Source of the DNA: Candidatus Multivoradales bacterium
GTDB lineage: Bacteria; Acidobacteriota; Thermoanaerobaculia; Multivoradales; JAHEKO01
Length of the DNA: 64,000 nt
Direction of reading: 5' to 3'
Assembly: GCA_965223155.1 (NCBI GenBank)
Contig: CBDCVR010000015.1
Span: forward strand, 256,001-320,000
Shown: positions 34,743-45,725 of the stretch, in pieces
Layout of the letters: each line of letters opens with the position of its first letter
How positions within the stretch are numbered: the stretch's first letter is position 1
Translations under genes and position numbers: made by a program
Notes under the pieces: generated by a model
Databases searched by the model: none
The model's input: only the letters and a program-made list of their open reading frames with translations
What the model was told of the DNA's origin: nothing

Positions 34743-35960
34743 ATGAGCCGTTTTCACGGCGTTGATTACGTCGATTTCGATTCGCTGCTTTCCGAAGAAG
34801 AGCGCCTGGTGCGCGAAACCGTTCGCGCCTTCGTGGACGATCAGGTGCTGCCGATCATCGAGGAATGCCACCGCGAGGCGCGGTTCCCGATCGAGCTGGT
34901 TCCGGACCTGGCCCGCCTCAACGTCTTCGGCTCGACGATTTCCGAGTACGACCTCCCCGGCTTGAACAACGTCGCCTACGGCTTGATCATGCAGGAGCTC
35001 GAGCGCGGCGATTCGGGCCTGCGGAGCTTCGTTTCCGTCCAGAGCGCTCTCGTCATGTACCCGATCTACGCCTTCGGCTCCGAGGAGCAGAAGGACCGCT
35101 GGATTCCGGCGCTCGGCTCGGGCACGGCGATCGGCTGCTTCGGCCTGACCGAACCGGATTTCGGCTCGAACCCCGGTGGCATGCGGACGACGGCGCGCCG
35201 CGACGGGAACGGCTGGATCCTGAACGGAGCCAAGCAGTGGATCACCAGCGGCACGATCGCCGACGTCGCCGTGGTCTGGGCCCAGACCGAGGACGGCGTC
35301 CGTGGCTTTCTGGTCGAGAAAGGCACGCCGGGCTTTGCCGCCACCGACCAGCACGGAAAGTTTTCGCTCAGGGCGTCGATCACCTCCGAGCTGGGCTTCC
35401 AGGACTGCCGCATTCCGGCCGAGAACCTCTTGCCCAAGACCGAAGGCCTCAAGAACGCGCTCATGTGTCTCAATCAAGCGCGCTACGGAATCGCCTGGGG
35501 GGCTCTGGGCGCGGCCATGGACTGCTACGCCACGGCACTCGACTACGCCAAGGAGCGCAAGCAGTTTGGCGGCCAGCCGATCGCCTGCCACCAGCTCGTC
35601 CAGGACAAGCTGGTCTGGATGATCTCCGAGATCTCCAAGGGCCAGCTCCTGGCGCTCCAGCTGGGCCGGCTCAAGGACGACGGCAAGCTCAAGCACCAGC
35701 AGGTTTCGCTCGGCAAGCGCAATAACGTCTGGGTCGCCCGCGAGTCGGCCAAGCTGGCCCGCGAGATCCTGGGCGCCAACGGCATCGTGGACGACTACCC
35801 CGTGATCCGCCACATGCTCAACATCGAATCCGTGTACACCTACGAAGGCACCCACGACATCCACGGCCTGGTGATCGGCAATGCCATCACCGGCATCCCG
35901 GCCTTCAATCCGCCGGTCATCGAAGAAGCGGCCGCCGAGCTGGCTCGCACCGAGCGCTGA
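34743..35960 (+). CDS. gcdH: Glutaryl-CoA dehydrogenase-like acyl-CoA dehydrogenase
   Basis: [47 protein letters not shown] and [17 protein letters not shown]. Confidence 0.9.
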   Translation: MSRFHGVDYVDFDSLLSEEERLVRETVRAFVDDQVLPIIEECHREARFPIELVPDLARLNVFGSTISEYDLPGLNNVAYGLIMQELERGDSGLRSFVSVQSALVMYPIYAFGSEEQKDRWIPALGSGTAIGCFGLTEPDFGSNPGGMRTTARRDGNGWILNGAKQWITSGTIADVAVVWAQTEDGVRGFLVEKGTPGFAATDQHGKFSLRASITSELGFQDCRIPAENLLPKTEGLKNALMCLNQARYGIAWGALGAAMDCYATALDYAKERKQFGGQPIACHQLVQDKLVWMISEISKGQLLALQLGRLKDDGKLKHQQVSLGKRNNVWVARESAKLAREILGANGIVDDYPVIRHMLNIESVYTYEGTHDIHGLVIGNAITGIPAFNPPVIEEAAAELARTER

Positions 35961-35961
35961 G

Positions 35962-36951
35962 ATGAGCGGACTCGACCATACGCTGGAGCCGGGCTTCGTC
36001 CGGGTCACTGAGGCCGCCGCGGTGGCCGCCGCCCACACCATGGGCTACGGCGACCGCAAGCACTCCGACAAGGTGGCGGTCGAAGCCATGCGCTCGGAGA
36101 TGAATGGCCTGCCCATTCGCGGACGGATCGTCATCGGCGAGGGCGAGCGCGACAAGGCGCCCATGCTCTTCGTCGGCGAGGAGGTCGGCGCTCTCCTGGG
36201 CCAAGACAACGGCCTGGAAGTCGATATCGCGGTCGACCCCCTCGAGGGGACGAACCTGTGCGCGACCGGCGAGCCGGGCGCCATCGCGGTCCTGGCCGCC
36301 TCCGAGCGCGGCGGGCTGCTCCACGCCCCGGATATCTATATGGACAAGATCGTGGTCGGGCCGACGGCACGAAACGCCGGCGTCCACCTGGACGCGCCGG
36401 TGGCCGAGAATCTGCGCAACATTGCCGAGGCCTACGGCCGCGAGGTCTCCGACTTGACCGTCGTGGTCCTCGACCGGCATCGTCACGCCGAGCTCATCGA
36501 CGACATTCGTACGGCGGGGGCCCGCATCCGGCTGATCGGCGATGGAGACCTCTCGGCCGGCATCGCCGCCGCGGTACGGGGCACCGGAATCCACGCGGTC
36601 ATGGGCATAGGCGGGGCGCCGGAGGGCGTCTTGACGGCCGCCGCCATGCGCTGCCTGGGCGGTGAGATCCACGCCCGTCTGACGCCCATCGGCGAAGACC
36701 AGGAGCAGCGCTTGGCGGAGATGGGCATCGACGACCCCGAGCGCATCTACCGCCGCGGCGATCTCGCCTGCGGTGACGAGATTCTCTTCTGCTGCACCGG
36801 TATTACCGACGGCCAGTTGCTGCGTGGCATCCGCTTCTTCGGCGGCGGCTACCGTTCCTCGACCTTGTTCATGTCGCTCAACCGCCGCTTGATCCGGTTC
36901 GTGGACTCGATCCGTCGCGACGATCCGGACGCTCCCGTCCTTTTCAAGTAG
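35962..36951 (+). CDS. glpX: Fructose-1,6-bisphosphatase class II
   Basis: [36 protein letters not shown] and GIGGAPEGV. Confidence 0.96.
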   Translation: MSGLDHTLEPGFVRVTEAAAVAAAHTMGYGDRKHSDKVAVEAMRSEMNGLPIRGRIVIGEGERDKAPMLFVGEEVGALLGQDNGLEVDIAVDPLEGTNLCATGEPGAIAVLAASERGGLLHAPDIYMDKIVVGPTARNAGVHLDAPVAENLRNIAEAYGREVSDLTVVVLDRHRHAELIDDIRTAGARIRLIGDGDLSAGIAAAVRGTGIHAVMGIGGAPEGVLTAAAMRCLGGEIHARLTPIGEDQEQRLAEMGIDDPERIYRRGDLACGDEILFCCTGITDGQLLRGIRFFGGGYRSSTLFMSLNRRLIRFVDSIRRDDPDAPVLFK

Positions 36952-37005
36952 CCGTCTCCGCCGCCGCTGGAGTGCCGGCCCTCGGCTAGAATCTCGACGC
37001 ACCCG

Positions 37006-38133
37006 ATGAGCATTACCGGCAACCTGAACACGATGGAGCTGGGCGAGCTGCTGCAGTGGCTCGGACATACCGGCAAGACAGGCACTCTCGTGCTCAGTAA
37101 CGGCGCCGTCGAGAAGCGGGTCGTGTTCCGAAACGGCGAGGTCATCGTCACCGCCTCCAGCGATCCCAAGGAGTACCTGGGCCATTTCCTTGTCAGCCAC
37201 GGTCTGATCGACGAGCTCACCTTGGCCAAGGCAATGGACATGCAGGAAAAAAACAGCATGCTCCTGGGCAAGATCCTGGTCACCATCGGCGCTCTGACCG
37301 AGAGCCAGCTGGAACACATGCTACGCCTCAAGCTGGAGGAGAGCGTCTACGAGATCTTCACCTGGCAGGAGGGAGAGTTCCGTTTCGTTGATGGCGAGCT
37401 GGCGGCCGACCGCTTGATCCCGCTACGTTTCAACGTCAACGCACTAGTGCTGGAAGGCTCCCGCCGCGCCGACGAGTGGCACTCCATTCGCGCCCGCATC
37501 CCATCCAAGGACTGTGTGGTCGTCTCGACCCGGCCCTTGACCTCGAGCGGCGCCGACGCACTCACCAGCAAGATTCTCTCCCTGGTCAACGATGACCGCA
37601 CCCTCGAGGAAATCGCGCTCCACGCGCACGCCAGCGAGTTTCAGGTCTGCCGAACGCTCCTGGGGCAGATCGAGGACGGAGCGGTCAAGGTGGTGCGCCC
37701 GCGGCAGAGCGGCCCGGCCGAGCCGCAACCGAGCGCGGCCGAGGCCTTGCCGGACGCCAATTCCTTGATTGGCAAGGCCGAGGCTCTGCTGGAAACCGGC
37801 GATTACGAACAGGCTCTGGGCCACTTCCGCGCCGCTCTCAACCTACATCCGAAAAACGAAGAGATCCGGCAACGAACCGCTCAGGTCGAAAGCGACGTCA
37901 CCCGCCACCTGAGCGACGAAGGCATCCGGCCCGAGGCCGTGCCGACCCTGTTACGGAGCATGGAAGACTTGGCCGCCCTCGACATCGCGCCCCAGGACGG
38001 GTTCATCCTGAGCCGGGTCAACGGCACCTACGACATCCAGACGATCCTGAAGATCAGTCCCATGGCCGCCATCGACGCGCTGCTCGTCTTTCGGCGGCTC
38101 CTGCGCGAGCGGCACATCAAGCTCGCGGGCTGA
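37006..38133 (+). CDS. DUF4388-domain protein with TPR
   Basis: MSITGNL..M.L.ELLQWL....KTG.L and IFTW.EG.FRF. TPR YEQALGHFRAALNLHP. Confidence 0.85.
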   Translation: MSITGNLNTMELGELLQWLGHTGKTGTLVLSNGAVEKRVVFRNGEVIVTASSDPKEYLGHFLVSHGLIDELTLAKAMDMQEKNSMLLGKILVTIGALTESQLEHMLRLKLEESVYEIFTWQEGEFRFVDGELAADRLIPLRFNVNALVLEGSRRADEWHSIRARIPSKDCVVVSTRPLTSSGADALTSKILSLVNDDRTLEEIALHAHASEFQVCRTLLGQIEDGAVKVVRPRQSGPAEPQPSAAEALPDANSLIGKAEALLETGDYEQALGHFRAALNLHPKNEEIRQRTAQVESDVTRHLSDEGIRPEAVPTLLRSMEDLAALDIAPQDGFILSRVNGTYDIQTILKISPMAAIDALLVFRRLLRERHIKLAG

Positions 38134-38181
38134 GCAAGCCGCGCCTGGACCTGAACCTCGAGCTAGCGCCGGCGGCCGGAC

Positions 38182-38886
38182 CTACCACGGCCACGGTCGG
38201 GAAACGTGCCGATTGCCGGCCTCGGCGAAGCGTAGCGGCCAGAGGGCGGCGGCACCGGCGTAGTCGATGCCGATCCGAGTCCCGACGGCAACGTGCCGCT
38301 CGGCAACCCTTCGGCCCCGGCAGATGACGAGCGGCTCGCCGCCGCCCGACCCGGCGCCAAGAGCCAAACCATTGCACCCGCGATCCACGGCCAGAGCCTG
38401 ACAGAGCTTGCCCGGGCCGCTCGCGAGTGCCTCGGTGCCGGTACCCGGCCCCAGGCCGCGGAGCTCCCGCATGCGCTCCGCTCCCGCGATGGGCTGACCG
38501 GCCCGCACCAAGACCGCGCTGCCGTCCCCGCGCCGGCCGGCGACGACGTTCAGCATCGAGTGCAGTCCGTAGATCAGGTAGACGTAGGCAACACCCCCCG
38601 GCTCGAAAAGCACGCGCGTCCGGTCCGTGGGTCGTCCCCGCCAGGCGTGACTCGCCCGATCGCCCACCCCCAGATAGGCCTCGGTCTCGACGATCCGCAA
38701 GACCAGAGGCTCGGGCGAACGGCTCGAATCCGGGTCCGGCTCACGCCGCACCACGTACCGGCCCAGGAGATCGCGGGCCAGAGTCTCGGCGGAACGCCGG
38801 AAGAACCGCGTCGCGAGCGGCCGCAGGGCGGCGGATCCTTCGGAAGCGGAGCTCACGGCAACGACTCTACCGGCCACGGCCGCCAC
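38182..38886 (-). CDS. mpg: DNA-3-methyladenine glycosylase (MPG/AAG family)
   Basis: RIVETEAYLG..DRASHA, AYVYLIYGLH..LNVV, AVLVRA, SGPGKLCQAL and RIGI. Confidence 0.93.
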   Translation of the reverse strand: MAAVAGRVVAVSSASEGSAALRPLATRFFRRSAETLARDLLGRYVVRREPDPDSSRSPEPLVLRIVETEAYLGVGDRASHAWRGRPTDRTRVLFEPGGVAYVYLIYGLHSMLNVVAGRRGDGSAVLVRAGQPIAGAERMRELRGLGPGTGTEALASGPGKLCQALAVDRGCNGLALGAGSGGGEPLVICRGRRVAERHVAVGTRIGIDYAGAAALWPLRFAEAGNRHVSRPWPW

Positions 38887-38942
38887 CGCGCGCGCGATCT
38901 TTCGCCGGACCCGGTGCCTATTCGATGCTCCATAATGGAGCC

Positions 38943-39632
38943 ATGCTCGCCGCCGAGCCGCTGCCGTCGCTGTTCGCCGACCTGCCTTCGATCTGGACCG
39001 AAGAGCTCGATGGGGACGCCCCCTGGCGCCTTCTGGGCGAGCCGCTGGATCGGGTCTTGGGGGAGTTGCCGGACGAGCGCATCGATGGACTTCTGGAACC
39101 CCACGTCGCTCTGGCGGGCACCGGCATCGTGATCGCCAAGGGGGCTCGAATCCACTCGGGCGCCGCCATCACCGGGCCGGTCTACGTCGGGCCCGACGCC
39201 GAGGTGCGTCCCGGGGCTTGGATTCGCGGCGGCGCCTGGATCGGCCCGGCAGCCGTTGTCGGAGCCAATTGCGAGGTCAAGCGCGCCATCTTTCTCGCCG
39301 GAGCTCGGGCCCCGCACCTCAACTACGTCGGTGATTCCATCCTGGGCGCCGGTGTCAATCTGGGCGCCGGCACGGTCCTGTCGAACTTCCGCCACGACGG
39401 AGCCGAAATCGCGGTGCCGGGGCTGGGAGCCACCGGCCGCCGCAAGCTCGGCGCGATTCTCGGCGACGGCGTCCGCACCGGCTGCAACTGCACGCTCCAT
39501 CCGGGCACCGTCGTTGGCGCCGGCACCTCGATCTATCCGGGCGTGCAGCTACGCGCCGGCGTTTACGATCGAGACCGCATCATCAAGCTGCGTCAAGAGA
39601 TCGACGTGATACCGCGGCAAGGGCCCCCGTAG
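38943..39632 (+). CDS. Hexapeptide-repeat acyltransferase (GlmU C-terminal-like, no uridyltransferase domain)
   Basis: Left-handed beta-helix repeats, APHLNYVGDSILG..VNLGAGT..SN and TGRRKLGAILGD. Confidence 0.88.
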   Translation: MLAAEPLPSLFADLPSIWTEELDGDAPWRLLGEPLDRVLGELPDERIDGLLEPHVALAGTGIVIAKGARIHSGAAITGPVYVGPDAEVRPGAWIRGGAWIGPAAVVGANCEVKRAIFLAGARAPHLNYVGDSILGAGVNLGAGTVLSNFRHDGAEIAVPGLGATGRRKLGAILGDGVRTGCNCTLHPGTVVGAGTSIYPGVQLRAGVYDRDRIIKLRQEIDVIPRQGPP

Positions 39633-39664
39633 CGAGAGCGGTAGCCGAGATCATCGTCGCCAAC

Positions 39665-41140
39665 CTAGCCGTGGTCGATCAGGGCCCGGACGACGTCGTC
39701 TTGGGCCCGACGGGCGTCGGCAACGCTGGGCACGCCGTTGCACAAGATCGAGAAACCGTACACCCTGCCAGAGCGGGCCTTGGCGTAGCCCGAGAGCGTC
39801 GAGACCGAGCGCAAAGATCCGGTCTTGGCGAAAACGTTCGCGCCGTAGGGGGCTTCCGCAAGCCGGGTACGCCAGCGGTAATGGTCCTCCAAACCGCTGT
39901 AGGGCAGGGTCAGGACGAACTCGCGCGCGTGGCGATGGCCGAACATGTAGGTCAGCAGCCGGGTCAATTGACGCGCCGAGAACCGGTTGCCACGCGACAT
40001 CCCCGAGCCGTCCACCAAGCGGTAGCCGGGCTCGACGCCGGCTTCCTCCAGAAACTCGCGTACCGCCCGCACCCCGGCCCGCCAACTGCCCTCGAGACAG
40101 AGGCGGGCTCCCAGGAGCTTGATCAGGGCCTCGGCGAAGAAGTTCTGGCTCCGCCGGTTCGTGACCTCGAGCGCCGACATCAGGTCGGTGCGATGCTCCG
40201 TCACCCGCCACCAGGCGCCCTCGGGCATGGTCTCCGCGGGCACGGGGTGGCCCCGGACGGCTACGCCCTCGCTGGCAAAGGCCTCGACTACCGCCGCACC
40301 GAAGTAGAGCGGCGGATCATCGACGCTCACCCAAACCTCGATCGGCCGCGACCGAGCCAGCAACATGCCACCAACCTCGATGATGTTGGTGCCAGGTCGC
40401 CGATCCACCGCCAGCTTGTGACGCCGCGGCGACGAGGTGGTCACCGCCGTATTCCGGATCGTGAAGATGTCCAGATCCGGCAGCACCCGGACCGCGACAG
40501 GCTTTCCCGGCCGGCTGCCGGGGATAACCCGCACCAGGACGCAATTGTCGCTGAAGGAAAGCGCGTCGACCGGCGCTTCGTACCAGCGGGCAAGCTGGTC
40601 GCGCGGCCAGTCCGGATGCACCCGGCGATCGTCGTAGAGGCCGTGGAGCAGGATCACGTCGCCGGCGATCTCCCGGATTCCCAGCGCCTTGAGCTCCCTA
40701 GCCCAGCGGCGGAAGACCGCGTAGACGTCGGCGTCGTGGTCCCGCCCCGAGATATTGGGGTCGCCGCTGCCGCGGATGGCGAGCCGGCCCTGGAGAACGC
40801 CGTCCCGGATCTCTCCCTCGACAAAGACCGGGGTCTCGAAGAAAAAGCCCGGTCCCAAGCGGTCAAGCGCCGTGGCCGTGGTCAGAAGCTTGGTATTGGA
40901 GGCGATGATGCGCAGCGAGTCCGCCTGCCGCTCGAAGACCGAGCGGCCATCGGGCAAGGTCACGACGTGGACCGAGAGCTCAGGCGCGGCACGGCGGGCA
41001 CGCTGGGTGGCTGCGGCCAGAGCCGTTTCGAGCGAGGCAGTCGCCGGCAAGGCAGCCGGAAGCACGCAGGCCGCCGCAACGAGGATCCGGGCGACGCCTG
41101 GCCGCCGGTGCCGGGAATGAGCCGCTGCCTCCGGCTTCAC
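39665..41140 (-). CDS. dacB: D-Ala-D-Ala carboxypeptidase/endopeptidase PBP4 (S13)
   Basis: IASNTK (SxxK), GSGDP, SQNFFAE (SxN), DGSGMSR.N and AKTGS. GTG overlaps the hflC stop. Confidence 0.92.
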   Translation of the reverse strand: MKPEAAAHSRHRRPGVARILVAAACVLPAALPATASLETALAAATQRARRAAPELSVHVVTLPDGRSVFERQADSLRIIASNTKLLTTATALDRLGPGFFFETPVFVEGEIRDGVLQGRLAIRGSGDPNISGRDHDADVYAVFRRWARELKALGIREIAGDVILLHGLYDDRRVHPDWPRDQLARWYEAPVDALSFSDNCVLVRVIPGSRPGKPVAVRVLPDLDIFTIRNTAVTTSSPRRHKLAVDRRPGTNIIEVGGMLLARSRPIEVWVSVDDPPLYFGAAVVEAFASEGVAVRGHPVPAETMPEGAWWRVTEHRTDLMSALEVTNRRSQNFFAEALIKLLGARLCLEGSWRAGVRAVREFLEEAGVEPGYRLVDGSGMSRGNRFSARQLTRLLTYMFGHRHAREFVLTLPYSGLEDHYRWRTRLAEAPYGANVFAKTGSLRSVSTLSGYAKARSGRVYGFSILCNGVPSVADARRAQDDVVRALIDHG

Positions 41141-42069
41141 GGAGTGCTGCGATCCAGAAACCGGTAGAGCTCGCCCTCGGTCGACATCCACAGGGACGTG
41201 GACTCGTCCGTCGTCGACGCCAGGGTCTCCATGCTCTTCAAGAACTCGTAGAAGCGGCGGGCGTCGGCCGACCGATCGTACGCCGCGGCGTAGATCTCCG
41301 TGGCCTCGGCATCCGCCCGGCCGACGATCTCCTGCGCTTTCCGGTAGGCCTCGGACTCGATCCGCTTGAGCTCGCGCTCGAGATCGCCGCGGATGCTCGC
41401 GGCCTGTCCCTCGCCCTCCGACCGGTAGCGCTCGGCGATGCGGCGGCGTTCGGCGGTCATGCGGTCGTAGACCTTGCGCCGCACCTCTTCGACGTAGCTG
41501 ATGCGCTTGAGTTGCACGTCCAGCACCTCGATCCCTAGGTCGAGGGTCCGGCTCTGCGCCTTCTCGAGAATCTCGAGGCGGATGTTCTCGCGGCCGACTT
41601 GGACCGGCTCGAGCCGGGTCACGACGTCGGGCTGAGACTCGTCCTGGGCTGGCTCGCGGTTGGACGAGCGCACGATCTCGACCAGATTGTGCTTGGCGAT
41701 CGCGTTCCGGGTCTCGCCGTCCAGGATGTCGTCGAGCCGGCTCTGGGCCCTGCGCTCGTCCTGGAGACGCTGGAAGAAGAGCAAGGGATTGCTGATCCGC
41801 CAGCGCGCGTAGGTATCGACAAAGATGAACCGCTTGTCCTTGGTGGTGAGCTCGGTCGCGTCTCCGTCCCACTCCAGGAACCGTTTGTCGAACCGGTGCA
41901 CCTTCTCGAAGATCGGCAGCTTGAAGTGGAGCCCGGGCTCGGAGATCGGCGCCCCGACCGGCTTGCCGAACCGGGTCTTGATGACCTGCTCGGTCTCCTG
42001 GACGACAAACGCCGCGCTCGCCAGCGCGATTAGCGCGACCGCCAGAATCAGCACCCCCAGCGCCCTCAT
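41137..42069 (-). CDS. hflC: FtsH modulator HflC
   Basis: TRFGKP...PGLHFKLP, TKDKR...VDTYARWRI, MTAER..IA..YRSEG and FYEFLKSM. Confidence 0.95.
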   Translation of the reverse strand: MRALGVLILAVALIALASAAFVVQETEQVIKTRFGKPVGAPISEPGLHFKLPIFEKVHRFDKRFLEWDGDATELTTKDKRFIFVDTYARWRISNPLLFFQRLQDERRAQSRLDDILDGETRNAIAKHNLVEIVRSSNREPAQDESQPDVVTRLEPVQVGRENIRLEILEKAQSRTLDLGIEVLDVQLKRISYVEEVRRKVYDRMTAERRRIAERYRSEGEGQAASIRGDLERELKRIESEAYRKAQEIVGRADAEATEIYAAAYDRSADARRFYEFLKSMETLASTTDESTSLWMSTEGELYRFLDRSTP

Positions 42070-43073
42070 CGCTGGGCACCTTCCTTGGGTCCGCTCAAGC
42101 TGTCGAGGTTCAGCAACGGCACGATCCCTTCCAGGCCGTCGTCGAAGATGATCTTGCCGCCGGTCCGCGACAGAACGTCGTTCATGGTCTCGAGATAGAT
42201 GCGCCGCCGGGTCACCTCCGGCGCCTTGCGGTACTCCCCGTACAGACTGTCGAATCGGGCGGCCTCGCCCCGCGCCCGGTTGACCCGGTCGAGGGCATAG
42301 CCCTCGGCGGAGCTGACCGTCTTCTCGGCCTCTCCCTGGGCCCGGAAGATCACCTTGTTGTACTGGGACTGGGCCTGGTTGATCTTGGTCTCACGCTCCT
42401 GTTCCGCCTGATTGACCTCATTGAAGGAGGGTTTGACCTGATCCGGCGGGTTCACGTCCTGGAGCACGACCTGCTCGATCTTGATCCCGTTCTCGTACTG
42501 ATCGCACAAGCTCTGGAGGTTGAGCCCGACCAGATCGGCCACCTCTTGCCGGCCCACGGTCAGGACCTCGTCCACGGTCCGGTCTCCGACCACCTGGCGC
42601 ATCACCGCCTCGCTCATGTCGCGCAAGGTCTCCTCGACGCGACGGACCTTGAACAGAAACCGCTTGGGATCGTCGATCCGGTACTGGACCACCCACTCGA
42701 CCACCGCCGCGTTGAGGTCCCCGGTCAGCATGTTCGATTCGTCTCCGAGGCCGCGGGTAGTGAACTCGCTGCGCACATCCGCCCGCTGCGTGCGAAATCC
42801 GAACTCTTGCTTCAACTGACGTTGGACAGGCAGCTTGATGACGCGTTCGATCCCGAGCGGAATCTTGAAATGCAGGCCCGGCTGCGTGGTTCGGGAGTAC
42901 GCCCCAAACCGGATCACCACCCCCATCTCCTCGGGATCGACGGTGTAGAACGAGCCCAGGGCCGTAAACACCAGCAGAGCGGCCAGGAGCAGGATCCGCA
43001 GCCGGCCCGGTGGCAGACGGGGCAGGTCGATCTGGGAAACGTCAATGACGTTCCTGGGCGGCCGAACCGACAT
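42066..43073 (-). CDS. hflK: FtsH modulator HflK
   Basis: GVVIRFG..PGLHFK.P, MLTGDLN, QDVNPP..V..SFNEV and APEVTRRRIYLETM. Confidence 0.95.
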   Translation of the reverse strand: MSVRPPRNVIDVSQIDLPRLPPGRLRILLLAALLVFTALGSFYTVDPEEMGVVIRFGAYSRTTQPGLHFKIPLGIERVIKLPVQRQLKQEFGFRTQRADVRSEFTTRGLGDESNMLTGDLNAAVVEWVVQYRIDDPKRFLFKVRRVEETLRDMSEAVMRQVVGDRTVDEVLTVGRQEVADLVGLNLQSLCDQYENGIKIEQVVLQDVNPPDQVKPSFNEVNQAEQERETKINQAQSQYNKVIFRAQGEAEKTVSSAEGYALDRVNRARGEAARFDSLYGEYRKAPEVTRRRIYLETMNDVLSRTGGKIIFDDGLEGIVPLLNLDSLSGPKEGAQR

Positions 43074-43205
43074 CCCACAAAGCTACCGCAGCGCTGGGCA
43101 CGAGGCAAACCGAACGAGCCCTGCCGGCTCCGGTCGTCCCGCATGGCCGCGCCGCTCCGGCGCAGCCGGCTCCACGTCCGACCACGCACCCGTATACTGC
43201 GCACC

Positions 43206-45671
43206 ATGGCACCTCGGTTCGACGCCGACGACCACCGGATCGAGCTCGCCGTCGCCGACCTCCTGGACGCCAAGCTCTTCCGCCATCTTGGTTTCGGCCA
43301 GCGCGGCGGCTACGAGCGCATGTGGGTCGGGCAGGCGATCCACAGCCACTACCAGGACGAGGCCCGCCTCGAGGACCCCTCGTACCGGGCCGAGATAGCC
43401 GTCACCGCCGAGTTCCTCCACCGCGGCTGGCAGGTCCAGATTCGCGGCCGAATCGATGGACTGCGAACCGAAGCGGACGGGACCCGGGTTCTGGAAGAGA
43501 TCAAGTCGATCCGGCGCGAGGCCGAGCTGCCCGAGGCGACGCGGGCGATCTACGAACAGCAGGCGCTTCTCTACGCCTGGATGCTGTCCCTGGATCAGCC
43601 GCCTGAGCAGGCTGACGACCGGCCGGAGCAAGTAGCCGCCGAGCTGGTGCTGATCGAGATCGGTTCGCGCGCGGTCCGTCGAGAGCCGATCCCGGTGGAC
43701 CTGGACGACGTCGAACGCCGGGTCAAGAGCCGGCTCAACCGCTTGATCCGCGAGTTCGAGGATGGGCGCCGCGCCCTCGCGGAGCAACGCGAGGCCGGCC
43801 GGCGCCTGGTCTTTCCCCACGCCAGCACCCGCCCCGGCCAGGACGCCATCATCGAAGCCGTCGCTCGCAGCCTCGAGCAGGCCGAGCATCTCCTACTCGA
43901 AGCTCCCACCGGTCTCGGCAAGACGGTAGCCGCTTTGTTCCCGACCCTTCGCTACGCCTTGGAGCACCGGAAGCGGGTGTTCGTCCTGACCGCCAAGACC
44001 CTGCAGCAGGAGCTGGCCACGGCGGTGGTCGACCAGTTGAACGCCGACGGCACGTTTCGTTCCCTACGGCTCCGGGCCAAGGCCAAGATGTGCGCCAACG
44101 ACGAGGTCATCTGCCACGAGGAATTCTGCCCGTATGCCCGCGACTTCTACCTGAAGCTCCACCGATCGCGCGTTACCGAGGAGCTGCTCTTCGACCACCC
44201 GACTCTGCTCCCGGACCAGATCTTCGCGGCGGCGCGGACCGAAGAAGTGTGCCCATTCGAGGTCAGCTTGCAGCTCGCGGGCAAGGTCCAGGTCATGGTT
44301 TGCGACTACAACTACGCCTTCGATCCCTATGTCGCGCTCCAGGAATTCGGTCCGGACAGCGATCTCGACGACACCATCCTGGTCATCGACGAGATCCACA
44401 ACCTGGTCGATCGAGGGCGCGAATACTACTCGCCGAGCCTGTCGGCGAGCGCTCTCGAGCGGGCGGCCGCCGCACTCGCCGGGGTCGAGCAGCCGGCGCC
44501 ACGGCGCGCCGCGGGGCTGTGCCGCGAGCTGGCCGCGTGGATCCGCCGGGCCGTCGCCGACGGGCTCGGCGGCGACTCGGGCACCGATCGGCCGGGTTCA
44601 CCCGCAGCCGAGACCGCGCTCAGCGAAGATGAACTCTGGGACCTTCGCCCGGACTTCGACGACGCCTTCGTCGACTACCTGGAACATCAGCGCAGTCACA
44701 ACTCATACCGCGCCGAGGATCCCTTCGTGTCGAGCTATTTCGACCTGCTCCGGTTCCAGGACGGGCTGGCTCTCTCGCGAGGTTCGGAGTTCAGCCACGT
44801 CGTGAGCAAGCGCGGTTCCGACGACCGGACCGGCATCCTGTGCAAGGACCCCTCCCGCTTCCTGGGCGGAATCATCAACCGGACCCACGCCACCATCGGG
44901 CTATCGGCCACTCTGTCTCCGACCGATTTCTACCGCGACCTGCTCGGCTTTGACGCCGAGCGCACGGCGACCTTGGCCTTGCCGAGTCCTTTCCCGCGCG
45001 AGAACCGGGTGCTGGTCATCGACGATTCCGTCTCGACCGTCTACCGGGAGCGCGACCGCAACTATGGTCCGATCGCCAAGAGCCTCTCGGCCTACGTCGA
45101 GTCGGTGCCGGGAAATACCCTGGCGCTCTTCCCCAGCTACGCCTTCGCCGAACGGGTCGCCGAGCACCTCCAAGTGGCCTCGAAGCGGGTGCTGGTGCAG
45201 AACCGGGACGACAGCGACAGCACCCGGGAAGAGATCCTGGACATGCTGCGCTCGCCCTTTACCGGCGACAACCTCCTCGTGGCCGTGGCCGGCGGCGTCT
45301 ATGCCGAGGGCGTCGATTATCCCGGCGACACCTTGCGGGCGGTCGCGGTGATCGGTCCATGCCTGCCGGCGGTGACCCTCGAGCGCGAGCTCTTGCGGCG
45401 CTACTTCGACGAACGTTTCGAGCGCGGCTTCGAGTACGCCTACGTGGTGCCGGGCATGACCCGGGTGGTCCAGGCGGCGGGACGGCTCATCCGGTCGGCC
45501 GACGACACCGGAGTTATCGCCCTTCTGGACCGCCGCTTCTTGAACCCACCGTATCTCGGGCACCTGCCCGAGGACTGGGCCGCGAACGGGTCGTTTCAGG
45601 CCCTGGCCGGATCGCCCGCCGAGGCCGCGTCACGCTTCTTCGCCGGCCTCGAGAGCTGCCGCAGCGCCTGA
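43206..45671 (+). CDS. DinG/XPD-family Fe-S helicase with N-terminal PD-(D/E)xK nuclease
   Basis: GQAIH, GRIDG and EEIKS. Q motif RPGQ, APTGLGKT, four Cys, DEIHNL, SATL, EGVD and QAAGRLIR. Confidence 0.9.
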   Translation: MAPRFDADDHRIELAVADLLDAKLFRHLGFGQRGGYERMWVGQAIHSHYQDEARLEDPSYRAEIAVTAEFLHRGWQVQIRGRIDGLRTEADGTRVLEEIKSIRREAELPEATRAIYEQQALLYAWMLSLDQPPEQADDRPEQVAAELVLIEIGSRAVRREPIPVDLDDVERRVKSRLNRLIREFEDGRRALAEQREAGRRLVFPHASTRPGQDAIIEAVARSLEQAEHLLLEAPTGLGKTVAALFPTLRYALEHRKRVFVLTAKTLQQELATAVVDQLNADGTFRSLRLRAKAKMCANDEVICHEEFCPYARDFYLKLHRSRVTEELLFDHPTLLPDQIFAAARTEEVCPFEVSLQLAGKVQVMVCDYNYAFDPYVALQEFGPDSDLDDTILVIDEIHNLVDRGREYYSPSLSASALERAAAALAGVEQPAPRRAAGLCRELAAWIRRAVADGLGGDSGTDRPGSPAAETALSEDELWDLRPDFDDAFVDYLEHQRSHNSYRAEDPFVSSYFDLLRFQDGLALSRGSEFSHVVSKRGSDDRTGILCKDPSRFLGGIINRTHATIGLSATLSPTDFYRDLLGFDAERTATLALPSPFPRENRVLVIDDSVSTVYRERDRNYGPIAKSLSAYVESVPGNTLALFPSYAFAERVAEHLQVASKRVLVQNRDDSDSTREEILDMLRSPFTGDNLLVAVAGGVYAEGVDYPGDTLRAVAVIGPCLPAVTLERELLRRYFDERFERGFEYAYVVPGMTRVVQAAGRLIRSADDTGVIALLDRRFLNPPYLGHLPEDWAANGSFQALAGSPAEAASRFFAGLESCRSA

Positions 45672-45725
45672 AGCGGTCCCCGGCCCGAGTCGATTCGAGC
45701 CGATCCGGCGCTCCGAAGCGCTCGC

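Noticed and set aside
39665-42079. 804-aa DacB, and similar N-terminal extensions of the helicase, RpiB, DUF1844 and ORF 34347-36041
   Set aside because: The extensions overlap neighbouring real genes and read as non-protein-like sequence. Starts were trimmed.
43206-43800. Cas4-like domain as a sign of CRISPR-Cas type IV (CasDinG)
   Set aside because: There are no cas genes or repeat-spacer array in the window.
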